Positions 47,057 to 55,896 of a stretch of 64,000 bases of DNA are shown here, piece by piece. Made by a program: the position numbers and the translations under genes. The stretch comes from Patescibacteria group bacterium. Its GTDB lineage: Bacteria; Patescibacteriota; Minisyncoccia; Phycocordibacterales; Phycocordibacteraceae. The stretch spans positions 36,963-100,962 of the forward strand of contig JAHJYC010000003.1 in NCBI GenBank assembly GCA_018826905.1. Direction: 5' to 3'. Each line of letters starts with the position of its first letter. Position 1 is the stretch's first letter. The notes beneath the pieces are model-generated. The model had not been told where the DNA came from. It ran no database searches and worked only from the letters and a program-made list of their open reading frames with translations.

Positions 47057-47434
47057 ATGGTACAGCCCCAATCAATCGTTAAAGTTGCAGACAATTCAGG
47101 CGCCAAGATCGCTCGTGTCTTCAAAGTGCTTGGGGGTTCAAAGCGTCGCTATGCAGAAATCGGAGACGTCGTTGTGGTGTCTGTGCAGACTGCAGAGCCT
47201 CGCAAGTCCGTAAAGAAGAAGGATATCTACAAGGCAGTCGTTGTGCGTCAGCGTAAGGCATTCCGCCGTGCATCTGGTATTTATGTACGTTTTGATGACA
47301 ATGCTGTTGTTCTTATTGAAAAGCAGGGTAAGGAGATGGGTCCAAAGGGGAACCGTGTATTTGGTCCTGTGCCTCGCGACTTGGTTGAGCGCGGATGGCA
47401 GAATATTGCTTCTATAGCCCCTGAAGTGGTCTAA
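47057..47434 (+). CDS. rplN: 50S ribosomal protein L14
   Basis: VADNSGAK, FDDNAVV, RVFGPV and SIAPEV motifs. Confidence 0.97.
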   Translation: MVQPQSIVKVADNSGAKIARVFKVLGGSKRRYAEIGDVVVVSVQTAEPRKSVKKKDIYKAVVVRQRKAFRRASGIYVRFDDNAVVLIEKQGKEMGPKGNRVFGPVPRDLVERGWQNIASIAPEVV

Positions 47435-47445
47435 CCTCTCTGTAT

Positions 47446-47787
47446 ATGTCAAAAGCAACTCAAGGAAAGCAAACCGCAAAGTTTAAAATAAAGAAAGGCG
47501 ACACAGTCGTGGTTATTTCAGGCAAGGACAAGGGTAAGACCGGCGCTGTTGAGCGTGTACTCCGCGAAGAGGCGAAGGTAGTAGTTGAGGGTATTGCACT
47601 CGTAAAGCGACACAATCGTGGAACTCGCGGACAGACAGGGCGAATTGTAGAGAAGCCTCGCGCAATCTCAATCTCAAACGTTATGATTCAGGACCCTAAG
47701 GAAAAGAAGGGAACTCGTGTAAAGCGTGAGATGAAGGATGGAAAGCGCGTTCGTGTGTCAGTTAAGAGTGGCACGACACTCTCCTAA
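47446..47787 (+). CDS. rplX: 50S ribosomal protein L24
   Basis: IKKGDTVVVISGKDKGKTG and ISNV motifs. Confidence 0.95.
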   Translation: MSKATQGKQTAKFKIKKGDTVVVISGKDKGKTGAVERVLREEAKVVVEGIALVKRHNRGTRGQTGRIVEKPRAISISNVMIQDPKEKKGTRVKREMKDGKRVRVSVKSGTTLS

Positions 47788-48335
47788 TGAATTTGAGTAT
47801 GATGATGACTAAAGAAAAACAAGCAAAGGCGTATGAGGCTCTCAAAGAGAAGTTCGGATACACGAACCTCTTTGCAAGTCCTCGTCTTCAGAAGATCGTT
47901 GTATCTTCAGGAGTTGGTAAGGCAGACAAGGCGCGTAAGGCATTTGTTGAGAAGCGTCTTGCAACTATCACTGGCCAGAAGGCATCTCCTCGTGCATCTA
48001 AGCAGTCTATTGCACAGTTTAAGATGCGTCAGGGCGAGATTGTCGGGTATCAGGTAACGATGCGTGGAGCTCGCATGAATGACTTCCTAGACAAGCTCAT
48101 TCACATTACGCTTCCTCGTACTCGTGACTTCCGTGGACTCTCAGCTACTGCTATTGATGAGATGGGGAACCTTACGATTGGTATTAAGGACCACACTATC
48201 TTCCCAGAGACTGCAGACGAAGATCTCAAGGATGTGTTTGGTGTTGCTGTTACGCTCGTAACAACAGCAAAGACTAAAGAAGAGGCAGAAGCCTTCTTCC
48301 GCTACCTCGGTATTCCGTTTACGGCTGCTGTATAA
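47787..48335 (+). CDS. rplE: 50S ribosomal protein L5
   Basis: ITGQK, SIAQFKMR, LPRTRDFRG and IFPE motifs (true start may be a later Met); terminator at 48350-48376. Confidence 0.95.
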   Translation: MNLSMMMTKEKQAKAYEALKEKFGYTNLFASPRLQKIVVSSGVGKADKARKAFVEKRLATITGQKASPRASKQSIAQFKMRQGEIVGYQVTMRGARMNDFLDKLIHITLPRTRDFRGLSATAIDEMGNLTIGIKDHTIFPETADEDLKDVFGVAVTLVTTAKTKEEAEAFFRYLGIPFTAAV

Positions 48336-48452
48336 AGAAGAGGATGTTGCAAAAGAGCCCGGAAACGGGCTCTTTTGACATATAGAAACAGGGTTGTAGT
48401 ATCAAAATACTAAGTTTGGTAGTTGTATCAGGCTTTTAAGAAGGAGGATGAA

Positions 48453-48944
48453 GTGAGAAAGATGTTCTTTGCGGGGGCTCTTGTCCTTGCACTTTCCGCC
48501 TGCGACAGGAACACGGACAACAATCTGCGGTACGAAGTTTCCGTGGACTACCGTGAGCCTGTGGGCGCCGTGGTCAGGGAGCTCGGCCTTAACACGGAGG
48601 AAGTGCCTGTGTACGAGGTCATGAACCGCAGCAGGCATGGAGTCGGCGAAGAGCTTCGCTGGATGCGCGTGGTTCGGCATCGGGAGCTGAAGGACACCTA
48701 CAGCCCCAAAAACGGGTTTCACCCGGCCGATACGCGCGAAATGCTGGCGTTCTACGCCACGCACCCCCAGGCAGTGCCTTTCAAAGGGCTCTGCGCTCCG
48801 GGCGAGCAACTGCCGCTTGGGGAAGGGGTGATCGGCGTGCCGGTTATCACGCGCGCAGGCAATCTCGGCATTTCCGCCCATGGCTGCAAGAAGCCGGGCC
48901 GTCGCGTGCTCGTGGTGCGAGATTTCGGCCGCACGCAGCCCTGA
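48453..48944 (+). CDS. SD-led, GC3-rich stand-alone mini-gene; predicted lipoprotein
   Basis: TTGACA at 48375-48380 and TAGTAT at 48397-48402; AAGGAGG at 48441-48447; GTG start; MRKMFFAGALVLALSA|CD lipobox; terminator at 48951-48989. Confidence 0.72.
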   Translation: MRKMFFAGALVLALSACDRNTDNNLRYEVSVDYREPVGAVVRELGLNTEEVPVYEVMNRSRHGVGEELRWMRVVRHRELKDTYSPKNGFHPADTREMLAFYATHPQAVPFKGLCAPGEQLPLGEGVIGVPVITRAGNLGISAHGCKKPGRRVLVVRDFGRTQP

Positions 48945-49000
48945 ATATACGGTCCCCATGTCTTCATTGGCGCGGGGACCATTTTCTTTGGGGTCAATGT

Positions 49001-49029
49001 TTGACAGCCTATATCCTTACTGATAGATT
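49001..49029 (+). promoter_or_regulatory. rpsN operon promoter
   Basis: TTGACA-N17-TAGATT. Confidence 0.75.
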
Positions 49030-49061
49030 ACATGAACGGCTCCCCGGAGCTATTTTTTCTT

Positions 49062-49331
49062 ATGGCCAAAGCCTCACAAATCGCCCGCAACAACAAGAGA
49101 ATTAAACTTGTTGAGAAGTACGCAGAAAAGCGTGCTGCTCTTAAGGCTGCTGGTGATTGGGAAGGGCTTCAGAAGCTCCCTAAGAATTCATCTCCTGTTC
49201 GTGTAAAGAATCGCTGTGCAGTTACTGGTCGTCAGCGTGGATTTATGCGCCACTTCGGTCTTTCTCGTATCACCTTCCGCGAGCTCGCTCGTGAGGGAAA
49301 GATTCCGGGAGTTAAGAAAGCCTCTTGGTAA
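49062..49331 (+). CDS. rpsN: 30S ribosomal protein S14 (long, zinc-independent C- type)
   Basis: [19 protein letters not shown]...[10 protein letters not shown]...GVKKASW; only one Cys. Confidence 0.95.
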   Translation: MAKASQIARNNKRIKLVEKYAEKRAALKAAGDWEGLQKLPKNSSPVRVKNRCAVTGRQRGFMRHFGLSRITFRELAREGKIPGVKKASW

Positions 49332-49341
49332 TATTTTTTGT

Positions 49342-49731
49342 ATGGTAACTGACCGCGTAGGAGATTTCATCATCCGCCTCAAGAATGCTGGCGCTATTGG
49401 CAAGGAAAAGATTTCCATGCCGTACTCAAAGCACGTTGAGGAAATTGCTAATAAGCTCAAGTCTTTGGGCTATGTTGGTGAAGTAACAAAGGGGAAGGCC
49501 CCGTACACTTTTGAGGTCACTCTTGCGTACGATGAGCGTGGACAGCACAAGATTCGTGGCGTGAAGCGTATTTCAAAGCCAGGACGTCGCCTCTACACTC
49601 CTGCTGCTGAGGCGCACAGTGTAAAGAACGGTATTGGTGCTCGTTTGATCTCAACTCCACGTGGAGTACTTACAGATCGCGAGGCTCGTAAAGTACGTTC
49701 TGGAGGGGAAGATCTCTTTGAGATTTGGTAA
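49342..49731 (+). CDS. rpsH: 30S ribosomal protein S8
   Basis: MVTDRVGDFIIRLKNA, RISKPGRRLY and STPRGV motifs. Confidence 0.96.
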   Translation: MVTDRVGDFIIRLKNAGAIGKEKISMPYSKHVEEIANKLKSLGYVGEVTKGKAPYTFEVTLAYDERGQHKIRGVKRISKPGRRLYTPAAEAHSVKNGIGARLISTPRGVLTDREARKVRSGGEDLFEIW

Positions 49732-49740
49732 TACATCTAT

Positions 49741-50274
49741 ATGTCACGTCTTGCTAAAAAACCAATCGCCATTCCTTCAAAGGTTACCGTTTCAACAACT
49801 AACGGAATGCTTTCGGTGAAGGGTCCTTCAGCAACACTTGAGCGCCCTATTCACGCAGCAGTTTCAATTGAGGTTACCCCAGAAGGAGTAATGGTTGGTC
49901 CTGCAAACGATACAAAGCTTGCTCGTGCATTGACTGGTACATTTGCCGCACACGCTCGTGCCATGATCTCTGGAGTTGAGACTCCATTCAAGCGTGTCCT
50001 TGTTATTAAGGGAGTAGGGTACAAAGTAGAGCTTCGTGGACGTGATCTTGTCTTCAACGTAGGCTTTTCACACCAGGTGACTCTTACTGTTCCTGAGGGA
50101 CTTGAGGCAAAGGTTGAGAAGCTCACTATCACTATTGAAGGAGCTGACAAGCAGAAGGTCGGACAGTTCGCTGCAGAGATCCGCGCCATCAAGCCACCGG
50201 AGCCATACCTTGGAAAGGGTATTGCATACGATGATGAAGTTATTCGCCGCAAGCAAGGAAAGAAAGCCGTATAG
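49741..50274 (+). CDS. rplF: 50S ribosomal protein L6
   Basis: MSRLAKKPI, GVGYK, GFSH and PPEPYLGKGI motifs. Confidence 0.96.
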   Translation: MSRLAKKPIAIPSKVTVSTTNGMLSVKGPSATLERPIHAAVSIEVTPEGVMVGPANDTKLARALTGTFAAHARAMISGVETPFKRVLVIKGVGYKVELRGRDLVFNVGFSHQVTLTVPEGLEAKVEKLTITIEGADKQKVGQFAAEIRAIKPPEPYLGKGIAYDDEVIRRKQGKKAV

Positions 50275-50277
50275 CCT

Positions 50278-50628
50278 ATGCCATCTACACTTCTTAACAA
50301 AAAGGAACTTCGCGACCGTCGCCACAAGCGTGTTCGCGCGCGTATTTCAGGAACTGCTGAGCGTCCTCGCCTTGCAGTCTATAAGTCAAACAAGTTTATT
50401 TCAGTACAGCTTATTGACGACGCTGCCGAGAAGACACTTGCAGCATCACACGGACGCGCGTTTCCTGGATCTCTTTCAGTACAAGCTGCAGCTGTAGGAA
50501 AAGCAATTGCAGAGAGCGCTAAGAAGGCGGGTATTTCAACAGTAGTATTTGATCGTGGAGGCTATATGTATGCGGGACAGGTTAAGGCCGTTGCAGAGGC
50601 TGCGCGCGAGGCAGGACTTACGTTTTAA
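50278..50628 (+). CDS. rplR: 50S ribosomal protein L18
   Basis: RPRLAVYKSN, VFDRGGY and AREAGL motifs. Confidence 0.96.
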   Translation: MPSTLLNKKELRDRRHKRVRARISGTAERPRLAVYKSNKFISVQLIDDAAEKTLAASHGRAFPGSLSVQAAAVGKAIAESAKKAGISTVVFDRGGYMYAGQVKAVAEAAREAGLTF

Positions 50629-50631
50629 ATC

Positions 50632-51231
50632 ATGACTGACACACCAACACCAACCATGGATACTGAGAAGAAGGCACCGGAGACCACTCCAGAGACTGCA
50701 ACTACAGCAGCACCTACTCGCGACGACCGTCGTGGCGGAGGACGTCGCCCAGGTGGCCGTGATTCACGTGGACGCGGACCCCGTGCTCCTCGTGAGCGCT
50801 CAGAGTTTGAGCAGGCAACAATTGAAGTGCGCCGTGTTGCTCGTGTGATGGCTGGAGGACGTCGTTTCTCCTTCTCTGTAACAGTAGTTATTGGAGACAA
50901 GAAGGGACGCGTGGGTGTTGGCCTTGGAAAGGGAGCTGATACTGCACTCGCTATTGATAAGGCAGTACGAGATGCTAAGAAGCACCTCATCACCGTTGCT
51001 CGCACTGCAGACGGTTCTATCGCGCATGATGTCTCTGTAAAGAACTCATCTTCAATAGTTACTATCGTTCCGAGTCCTGGTCGCGGTATCGTTGCAGGGT
51101 CTGCGATGCGTGTCGTGCTTGAACATGCAGGCGTAACGAACGTCGTTGCGAAAATCCTTACTCGCACTAAGAACAAGCTTACTATTGCTCGTGCAACCGT
51201 AGATGCACTTGCAAGCGCAGGCGCTCGCTAA
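50632..51231 (+). CDS. rpsE: 30S ribosomal protein S5
   Basis: RRVARVMAGGRRFSF, VGVGLGK and GRGIVAG motifs. Confidence 0.96.
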   Translation: MTDTPTPTMDTEKKAPETTPETATTAAPTRDDRRGGGRRPGGRDSRGRGPRAPRERSEFEQATIEVRRVARVMAGGRRFSFSVTVVIGDKKGRVGVGLGKGADTALAIDKAVRDAKKHLITVARTADGSIAHDVSVKNSSSIVTIVPSPGRGIVAGSAMRVVLEHAGVTNVVAKILTRTKNKLTIARATVDALASAGAR

Positions 51232-51242
51232 CCGTATTTTTT

Positions 51243-51695
51243 ATGCAGTCCAACACTCTCGCACCAAAGACAGCTCGCATCACAACGCCTCGCGTAGGTC
51301 GTGGGGGGAAGCGTGGAAAGACTTCAGGTCGTGGGACTAAAGGTCAGAACGCACGTGCAGGACACCGCAAGCGTCCTGAGATGCGTGACATCCTCAAGAA
51401 GCTTCCAAAGCTTCGTGGACACGGACAGAACCGCTCACACACTGTTCGCTCTAATCGTCTGATCTACGCCCCAGTTAACCTCACTCTTCTAGAGGCCGCA
51501 TTTAATGCGGGAGACACTGTTACTCCAGAGACTCTTTACAAGAAGGGGTTGATATCAGCACGTGGAGGAAAGATTGCGTACGTAAAGATCCTAGGGACTG
51601 GATCACTCACGAAAGCACTTACTGTTTCAGACTGCGCGGCGTCGGGCGCAGCAAAGACTGCAATTGAAGCAGCAGGCGGTTCGCTTGTCTCCTAA
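51243..51695 (+). CDS. rplO: 50S ribosomal protein L15
   Basis: RVGRGGKRGKTSGRGTKGQNAR and KILGTG motifs; follows rpsE directly with no rpmD. Confidence 0.95.
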   Translation: MQSNTLAPKTARITTPRVGRGGKRGKTSGRGTKGQNARAGHRKRPEMRDILKKLPKLRGHGQNRSHTVRSNRLIYAPVNLTLLEAAFNAGDTVTPETLYKKGLISARGGKIAYVKILGTGSLTKALTVSDCAASGAAKTAIEAAGGSLVS

Positions 51696-51701
51696 TCCGC
51701 C

Positions 51702-52967
51702 ATGGCAAGCCAGGCGATACACAAACTAAAGATTATCTTCTCAGACGCGACTATTCGTAATCGCGTGCTGTTTATCCTTGCGGCATTTGCTGCATTCCGT
51801 GTACTCGCTGCGGTGCCGATCCCAGGTGTAAACCGTGTCGCACTTGAGCAGTTTTTCAATAACAATCAGTTCCTCGGACTCCTCAATATCTTCTCCGGAG
51901 GAGGCCTTTCAAGTCTTTCAATAGTTATGCTCGGTGTGGGCCCGTACATTACGGCGTCTATCATCATGCAGCTTGCTACCGTTATCTTCCCGAAGGTAAA
52001 GGCAATGTACACAGAAGAGGGAGAAGCAGGGCGCACCAAGTTCATCTCACTGTCCCGTGTCATTACGGTGCCATTTGCGATTCTACAGTCTGTAGCGTTC
52101 CTCTCTCTTCTTGAGAATCAGGGCATTGTTGTGGCGCTCACACCGTTCGCGTTTGCACTAAACGTGTTCCTTGTGGCCGCTGGATCCATGCTTCTTATGT
52201 GGGTTGGTGAGCTTATTACTGAGTTTGGTATCGGAAACGGTGTTTCACTCATCATCTTTGCTGGTATTGTTGCAGGGCTCCCCGCAGGTATCAGCCAGCT
52301 TCTCTTTACTGCGTCTGCAGCAAATATCCCTGCGTATGTAGGATTTACTTTCCTTGCGCTTCTGGTTGTCTTTGCCGTGGTTCTGGTGTCTGAAGCAGAG
52401 CGATCTATTCCTATTCACTATGCCCGCGCAACGCGTGGTATTTCTGGATCTCCAACGTACCTTCCAATTCGCTTGCTTCAGGCAGGAGTTATGCCGATTA
52501 TCTTCGCGCTTTCACTTCTCCTTCTTCCGCAGATGGTACTTACGGGACTTTCTGCAGTTGGTATTGCAGGGTCTGCCGGACTACTCGCTGCATTCACTGA
52601 GTTTGCTGCAAATCCATTTGCGTATGGAGCCTTCTACTTTGTACTCGTTGTTATGTTCACTTATTTCTACACTTCAATTACCTTTGAACCACATCGTGTT
52701 GCGGAGAACCTTCAGAAGTCAGGTGCGTTCATTCCTGGAGTTCGCCCAGGGCGCGAGACTGAGAACTACATTGCAAACGTTGTTAATCGCGTGACTCTTC
52801 CGGGCGCAACCTTCCTCGGACTTGTTGCAGTTATTCCGTTCATTATCCAGGGTATCACTGGTATCACCGCTATCCTCATTGGCGGTACAGCACTCCTCAT
52901 CGTTGTGAACGTAGTACTTGATCTTATCCGTAAGATTGATGCGCAGGCATCTCTCGGAGAGTATTAA
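51702..52967 (+). CDS. secY: Preprotein translocase SecY
   Basis: LGVGPYITASIIMQL, GIGNGVSLIIFAGI, GVMPIIFA and IPGVRPG motifs. Confidence 0.97.
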   Translation: MASQAIHKLKIIFSDATIRNRVLFILAAFAAFRVLAAVPIPGVNRVALEQFFNNNQFLGLLNIFSGGGLSSLSIVMLGVGPYITASIIMQLATVIFPKVKAMYTEEGEAGRTKFISLSRVITVPFAILQSVAFLSLLENQGIVVALTPFAFALNVFLVAAGSMLLMWVGELITEFGIGNGVSLIIFAGIVAGLPAGISQLLFTASAANIPAYVGFTFLALLVVFAVVLVSEAERSIPIHYARATRGISGSPTYLPIRLLQAGVMPIIFALSLLLLPQMVLTGLSAVGIAGSAGLLAAFTEFAANPFAYGAFYFVLVVMFTYFYTSITFEPHRVAENLQKSGAFIPGVRPGRETENYIANVVNRVTLPGATFLGLVAVIPFIIQGITGITAILIGGTALLIVVNVVLDLIRKIDAQASLGEY

Positions 52968-53001
52968 ACGCGCGTAGCGGTGCGCGTGCTAGAGTCTCTA
53001 T

Positions 53002-53589
53002 ATGAATACACGAGGTATCTTAGTTCCCGTCGTAGCTCCCACTGGAAGCGGGAAGGATACGCTCATTACGTACGCGAAGTCTCTGTATCCTGAAATTGTG
53101 TTGTCCATATCGTGCACGACTCGTGCTCCTCGCGAAGGGGAGGTTGATGGTGTTGATTACTACTTCCTTACGCGAGAAGCGTTTGAGGCGCGTATCGCAG
53201 AGGGCGGGTTACTTGAGTGGGCAGAGTATGGAGGCAACTACTATGGCACGCCAAAGGCAGAGATAGAACAGGCTCTTTCAGAAGGGAAGCTTATTATGGG
53301 AGATATTGAAGTGCAGGGAGTGCGCCTCATTAGCGAACTCCTCCCAAAGGAAGAATTTAGCACCATATACATTGATGCAGGGTCTTGGGAGGTATTGTCT
53401 GCGCGCGCTCTCTCTCGCGCTCCTATGAGCGAGCAGGAGCTTCTGAAGAGAAAGTCACGATACGAGGATGAGGCATCATACAAAGCTGAAGCAACCTATG
53501 TTGTTCATAATCCAGACGGGCACCTTGAGGTGGCAAAAGAGGAAATGAAGCAGGTTGTGGAGGAGCTTCTTGCACGAATCGCTCGCTAA
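53002..53589 (+). CDS. gmk: Guanylate kinase
   Basis: APTGSGKDT, SCTTRAPREGEVDGVDYYF and EWAEYGGNYYGT motifs. Confidence 0.93.
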   Translation: MNTRGILVPVVAPTGSGKDTLITYAKSLYPEIVLSISCTTRAPREGEVDGVDYYFLTREAFEARIAEGGLLEWAEYGGNYYGTPKAEIEQALSEGKLIMGDIEVQGVRLISELLPKEEFSTIYIDAGSWEVLSARALSRAPMSEQELLKRKSRYEDEASYKAEATYVVHNPDGHLEVAKEEMKQVVEELLARIAR

Positions 53590-53612
53590 TACTTATTTGG
53601 TACTATTATCTT

Positions 53613-54194
53613 ATGGAACAACTTTCGTACAGCAACGTACTTCTTATGGGCCGTCCTGGGTCTGGGAAGGGGACACAAGCAAAGCGTCTTGCAGAGAAGT
53701 TTGGATGGGAACACTTTTCTACGGGAGATCGGTTTAAGATACTTCGCGACGAGGACAGCGAGATCGGAAGAAGCGTACGTGAAGCGTATGACGCAGGGAA
53801 ACTGCTTCCTGATTGGTTTGCAACGTATCTTTTTGAAAGCGTTGTTTTGTCTATGAGTCCTGAGAAGGGACTTGTATCTGAAGGGTACCCTCGTTCCCTA
53901 GGACAGGCAGAGATATTTGATGAGATTCTTTCATGGCTAACCCGCCCATATAAGGTCTTGGATCTTGCTGTTTCTGATGAGCTTGTAACAGAGCGCATGC
54001 TTCTTCGCGCAGAGACGGAACACCGTCCTGACAGCGCAACAAAGGAGCAGATTATGGCTCGCCTTGCGACCTACGAAGAGCACACTGCTCCTGTGCTTGA
54101 TTTCTTTAGAGAGAGAGGGCTCCTTGTTTCAATAGACGGAGCTCTTTCTCCTGACCAGGTTACCGAAGCAATTCTAAGAGAGCTCTCTGCATGA
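53613..54194 (+). CDS. adk: Adenylate kinase (short LID)
   Basis: GRPGSGKGTQA, HFSTGD and GYPR motifs. Confidence 0.9.
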   Translation: MEQLSYSNVLLMGRPGSGKGTQAKRLAEKFGWEHFSTGDRFKILRDEDSEIGRSVREAYDAGKLLPDWFATYLFESVVLSMSPEKGLVSEGYPRSLGQAEIFDEILSWLTRPYKVLDLAVSDELVTERMLLRAETEHRPDSATKEQIMARLATYEEHTAPVLDFFRERGLLVSIDGALSPDQVTEAILRELSA

Positions 54195-54973
54195 TTGTAC
54201 GTACAAGCGAGGAGCGAGAAGGAATTTTGGAATCAGGGAGGCGACTTGCCGCAGTCCTCTCAAAACTTGAGAACATGGTAGCGCCAGGTGTGTCTGTTGA
54301 AGACTTGGACACTGAAGCAGAGCGTCTTATTCGTGAGACGGGAGATACTCCTGCCTTTCTTCACTACACCCCAGAAGGGGCCAGAAGGCCCTATCCTGCG
54401 TCGTTGTGTGTCTCAGTGAATGAGGAAGTAGTGCATGGACTTCCGAATGAGGCACCAAGAATACTTAAACAAGGAGATGTAGTGTCCCTAGACCTAGGTC
54501 TTACTCACAAAGGATTTATAACTGATTCTGCGATTACGGTCCCTGTTGGGAAGATCGCTAAGAACATTCAATCGTTGCTGGATACTACTCGCGCTTCTCT
54601 TGAGGCGGGTATTCTCGCAGCACGTCCGGGCAACCGCATTGGAGATATTTCATACGCAACCGGAAGTGCATTCAAAGGAACAGGTTTTTCTGTTGTAAAG
54701 ATGCTTGGCGGACACGCAGTGGGACGCGCGGTGCACGAGGAGCCATTTATAGCTAATGACGGGCACCCAGGAACAGGTCCAGAAATTGTTGCGGGTATGG
54801 TGCTCGCTATTGAGCCCATCGCAAACATAGGCAAGGCCGCCGTTATTATTGCTCCAGACGGGTATACATACAGAACAAAGGACGGATCTGTATCTGCACA
54901 CTTTGAGCACACTATTTTAGTTGAAGAGAATGAGACGGTGGTGGTAACGAGGAGAGAGGGAGAAGTGTACTAA
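54191..54973 (+). CDS. map: Methionine aminopeptidase type I
   Basis: CVSVNEEVVHG, D..D, GHAVG..HEEP, AIEP and SAHFEHT motifs. Confidence 0.95.
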   Translation: MIVRTSEEREGILESGRRLAAVLSKLENMVAPGVSVEDLDTEAERLIRETGDTPAFLHYTPEGARRPYPASLCVSVNEEVVHGLPNEAPRILKQGDVVSLDLGLTHKGFITDSAITVPVGKIAKNIQSLLDTTRASLEAGILAARPGNRIGDISYATGSAFKGTGFSVVKMLGGHAVGRAVHEEPFIANDGHPGTGPEIVAGMVLAIEPIANIGKAAVIIAPDGYTYRTKDGSVSAHFEHTILVEENETVVVTRREGEVY

Positions 54974-54974
54974 T

Positions 54975-55508
54975 ATGCAGCCACAGATCCCACACCCGTA
55001 CGGTTTGAATGAAGGGTACATGTGGCTCCCTACACCTGTTGAGTGGTTTGCTGATATTCCAGAGCATGTTTTTGTGGATGGGATTGAACTTGAGCGAAAG
55101 ACGAGTTTCCATGTGAGTTTGTTTGAGCTCCCGCATCTTGTTGCATTCATTGCTGAAAGGACAGGTGTTTCTCCTGACGAGGTTGAGAAGAAGGTACTCG
55201 CACATTTCTTGTCGTATGTAGCTGAGAAACCCATCACGTTCAAAGCATTTTTGGATGATTTCAGATGTGTGGAAAAGGAAGAAAGAAAGAGCGTTGTTGT
55301 CCGTTGCGAGATTCATAACCTGAACGGGTTCTTTGAAGTCCTGGAGAACGAGTTTGGAATCAGTGTATACAGACAACCAGCACATGTAACGATATACACG
55401 CTCGGTCTTAACAAGGGAATAGGACTTCACACGCTTGAAGAAATGGAGTCACTCCCTAAGGTAGATCTTCCGGAAGTATTCATCTCTATTTACGATATAA
55501 TTACGTAA
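54975..55508 (+). CDS. 2H phosphoesterase-like protein
   Basis: Two Hx(S/T) motifs: FHVSLF and AHVTIY. Confidence 0.65.
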   Translation: MQPQIPHPYGLNEGYMWLPTPVEWFADIPEHVFVDGIELERKTSFHVSLFELPHLVAFIAERTGVSPDEVEKKVLAHFLSYVAEKPITFKAFLDDFRCVEKEERKSVVVRCEIHNLNGFFEVLENEFGISVYRQPAHVTIYTLGLNKGIGLHTLEEMESLPKVDLPEVFISIYDIIT

Positions 55509-55810
55509 TGAGTCATTACCGAAAATTGGTTCGGGACAATATACCGCAGATCTTAGATGAAAAGGGTGTTTCATATACTCAAACTATTGCGGACGATACG
55601 GAGTACAAGAAGGAGCTCATAAAGAAATTGCTTGAGGAAGCAACTGAGTTTGCGGAACAGAGTTCTGTAGAAGAACTCGCAGATGTGCTTGAGGTGGTGG
55701 CTGCCTTAAAGAAGCTAGAGGAATATGCTGACGTTGAGGCAGTCTGCTTAGACAAGCGAGAGGAACGGGGAGGATTTGAGAAGAGGATTATCCTTGAGGG
55801 GGAGAAATAA
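55508..55810 (+). CDS. All-alpha NTP pyrophosphohydrolase (MazG/HisE-like)
   Basis: KLVRDNIP, KLLEEATE..EELADVLEV and KREERGGF motifs. Confidence 0.85.
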   Translation: MSHYRKLVRDNIPQILDEKGVSYTQTIADDTEYKKELIKKLLEEATEFAEQSSVEELADVLEVVAALKKLEEYADVEAVCLDKREERGGFEKRIILEGEK

Positions 55811-55896
55811 GACCCACTGACAGCAACAGGGCAATGTAGTATAGTGCGGTTATACACGCCCTCGGGCGATTTTTAGTAACAATTACCTACGTACTC

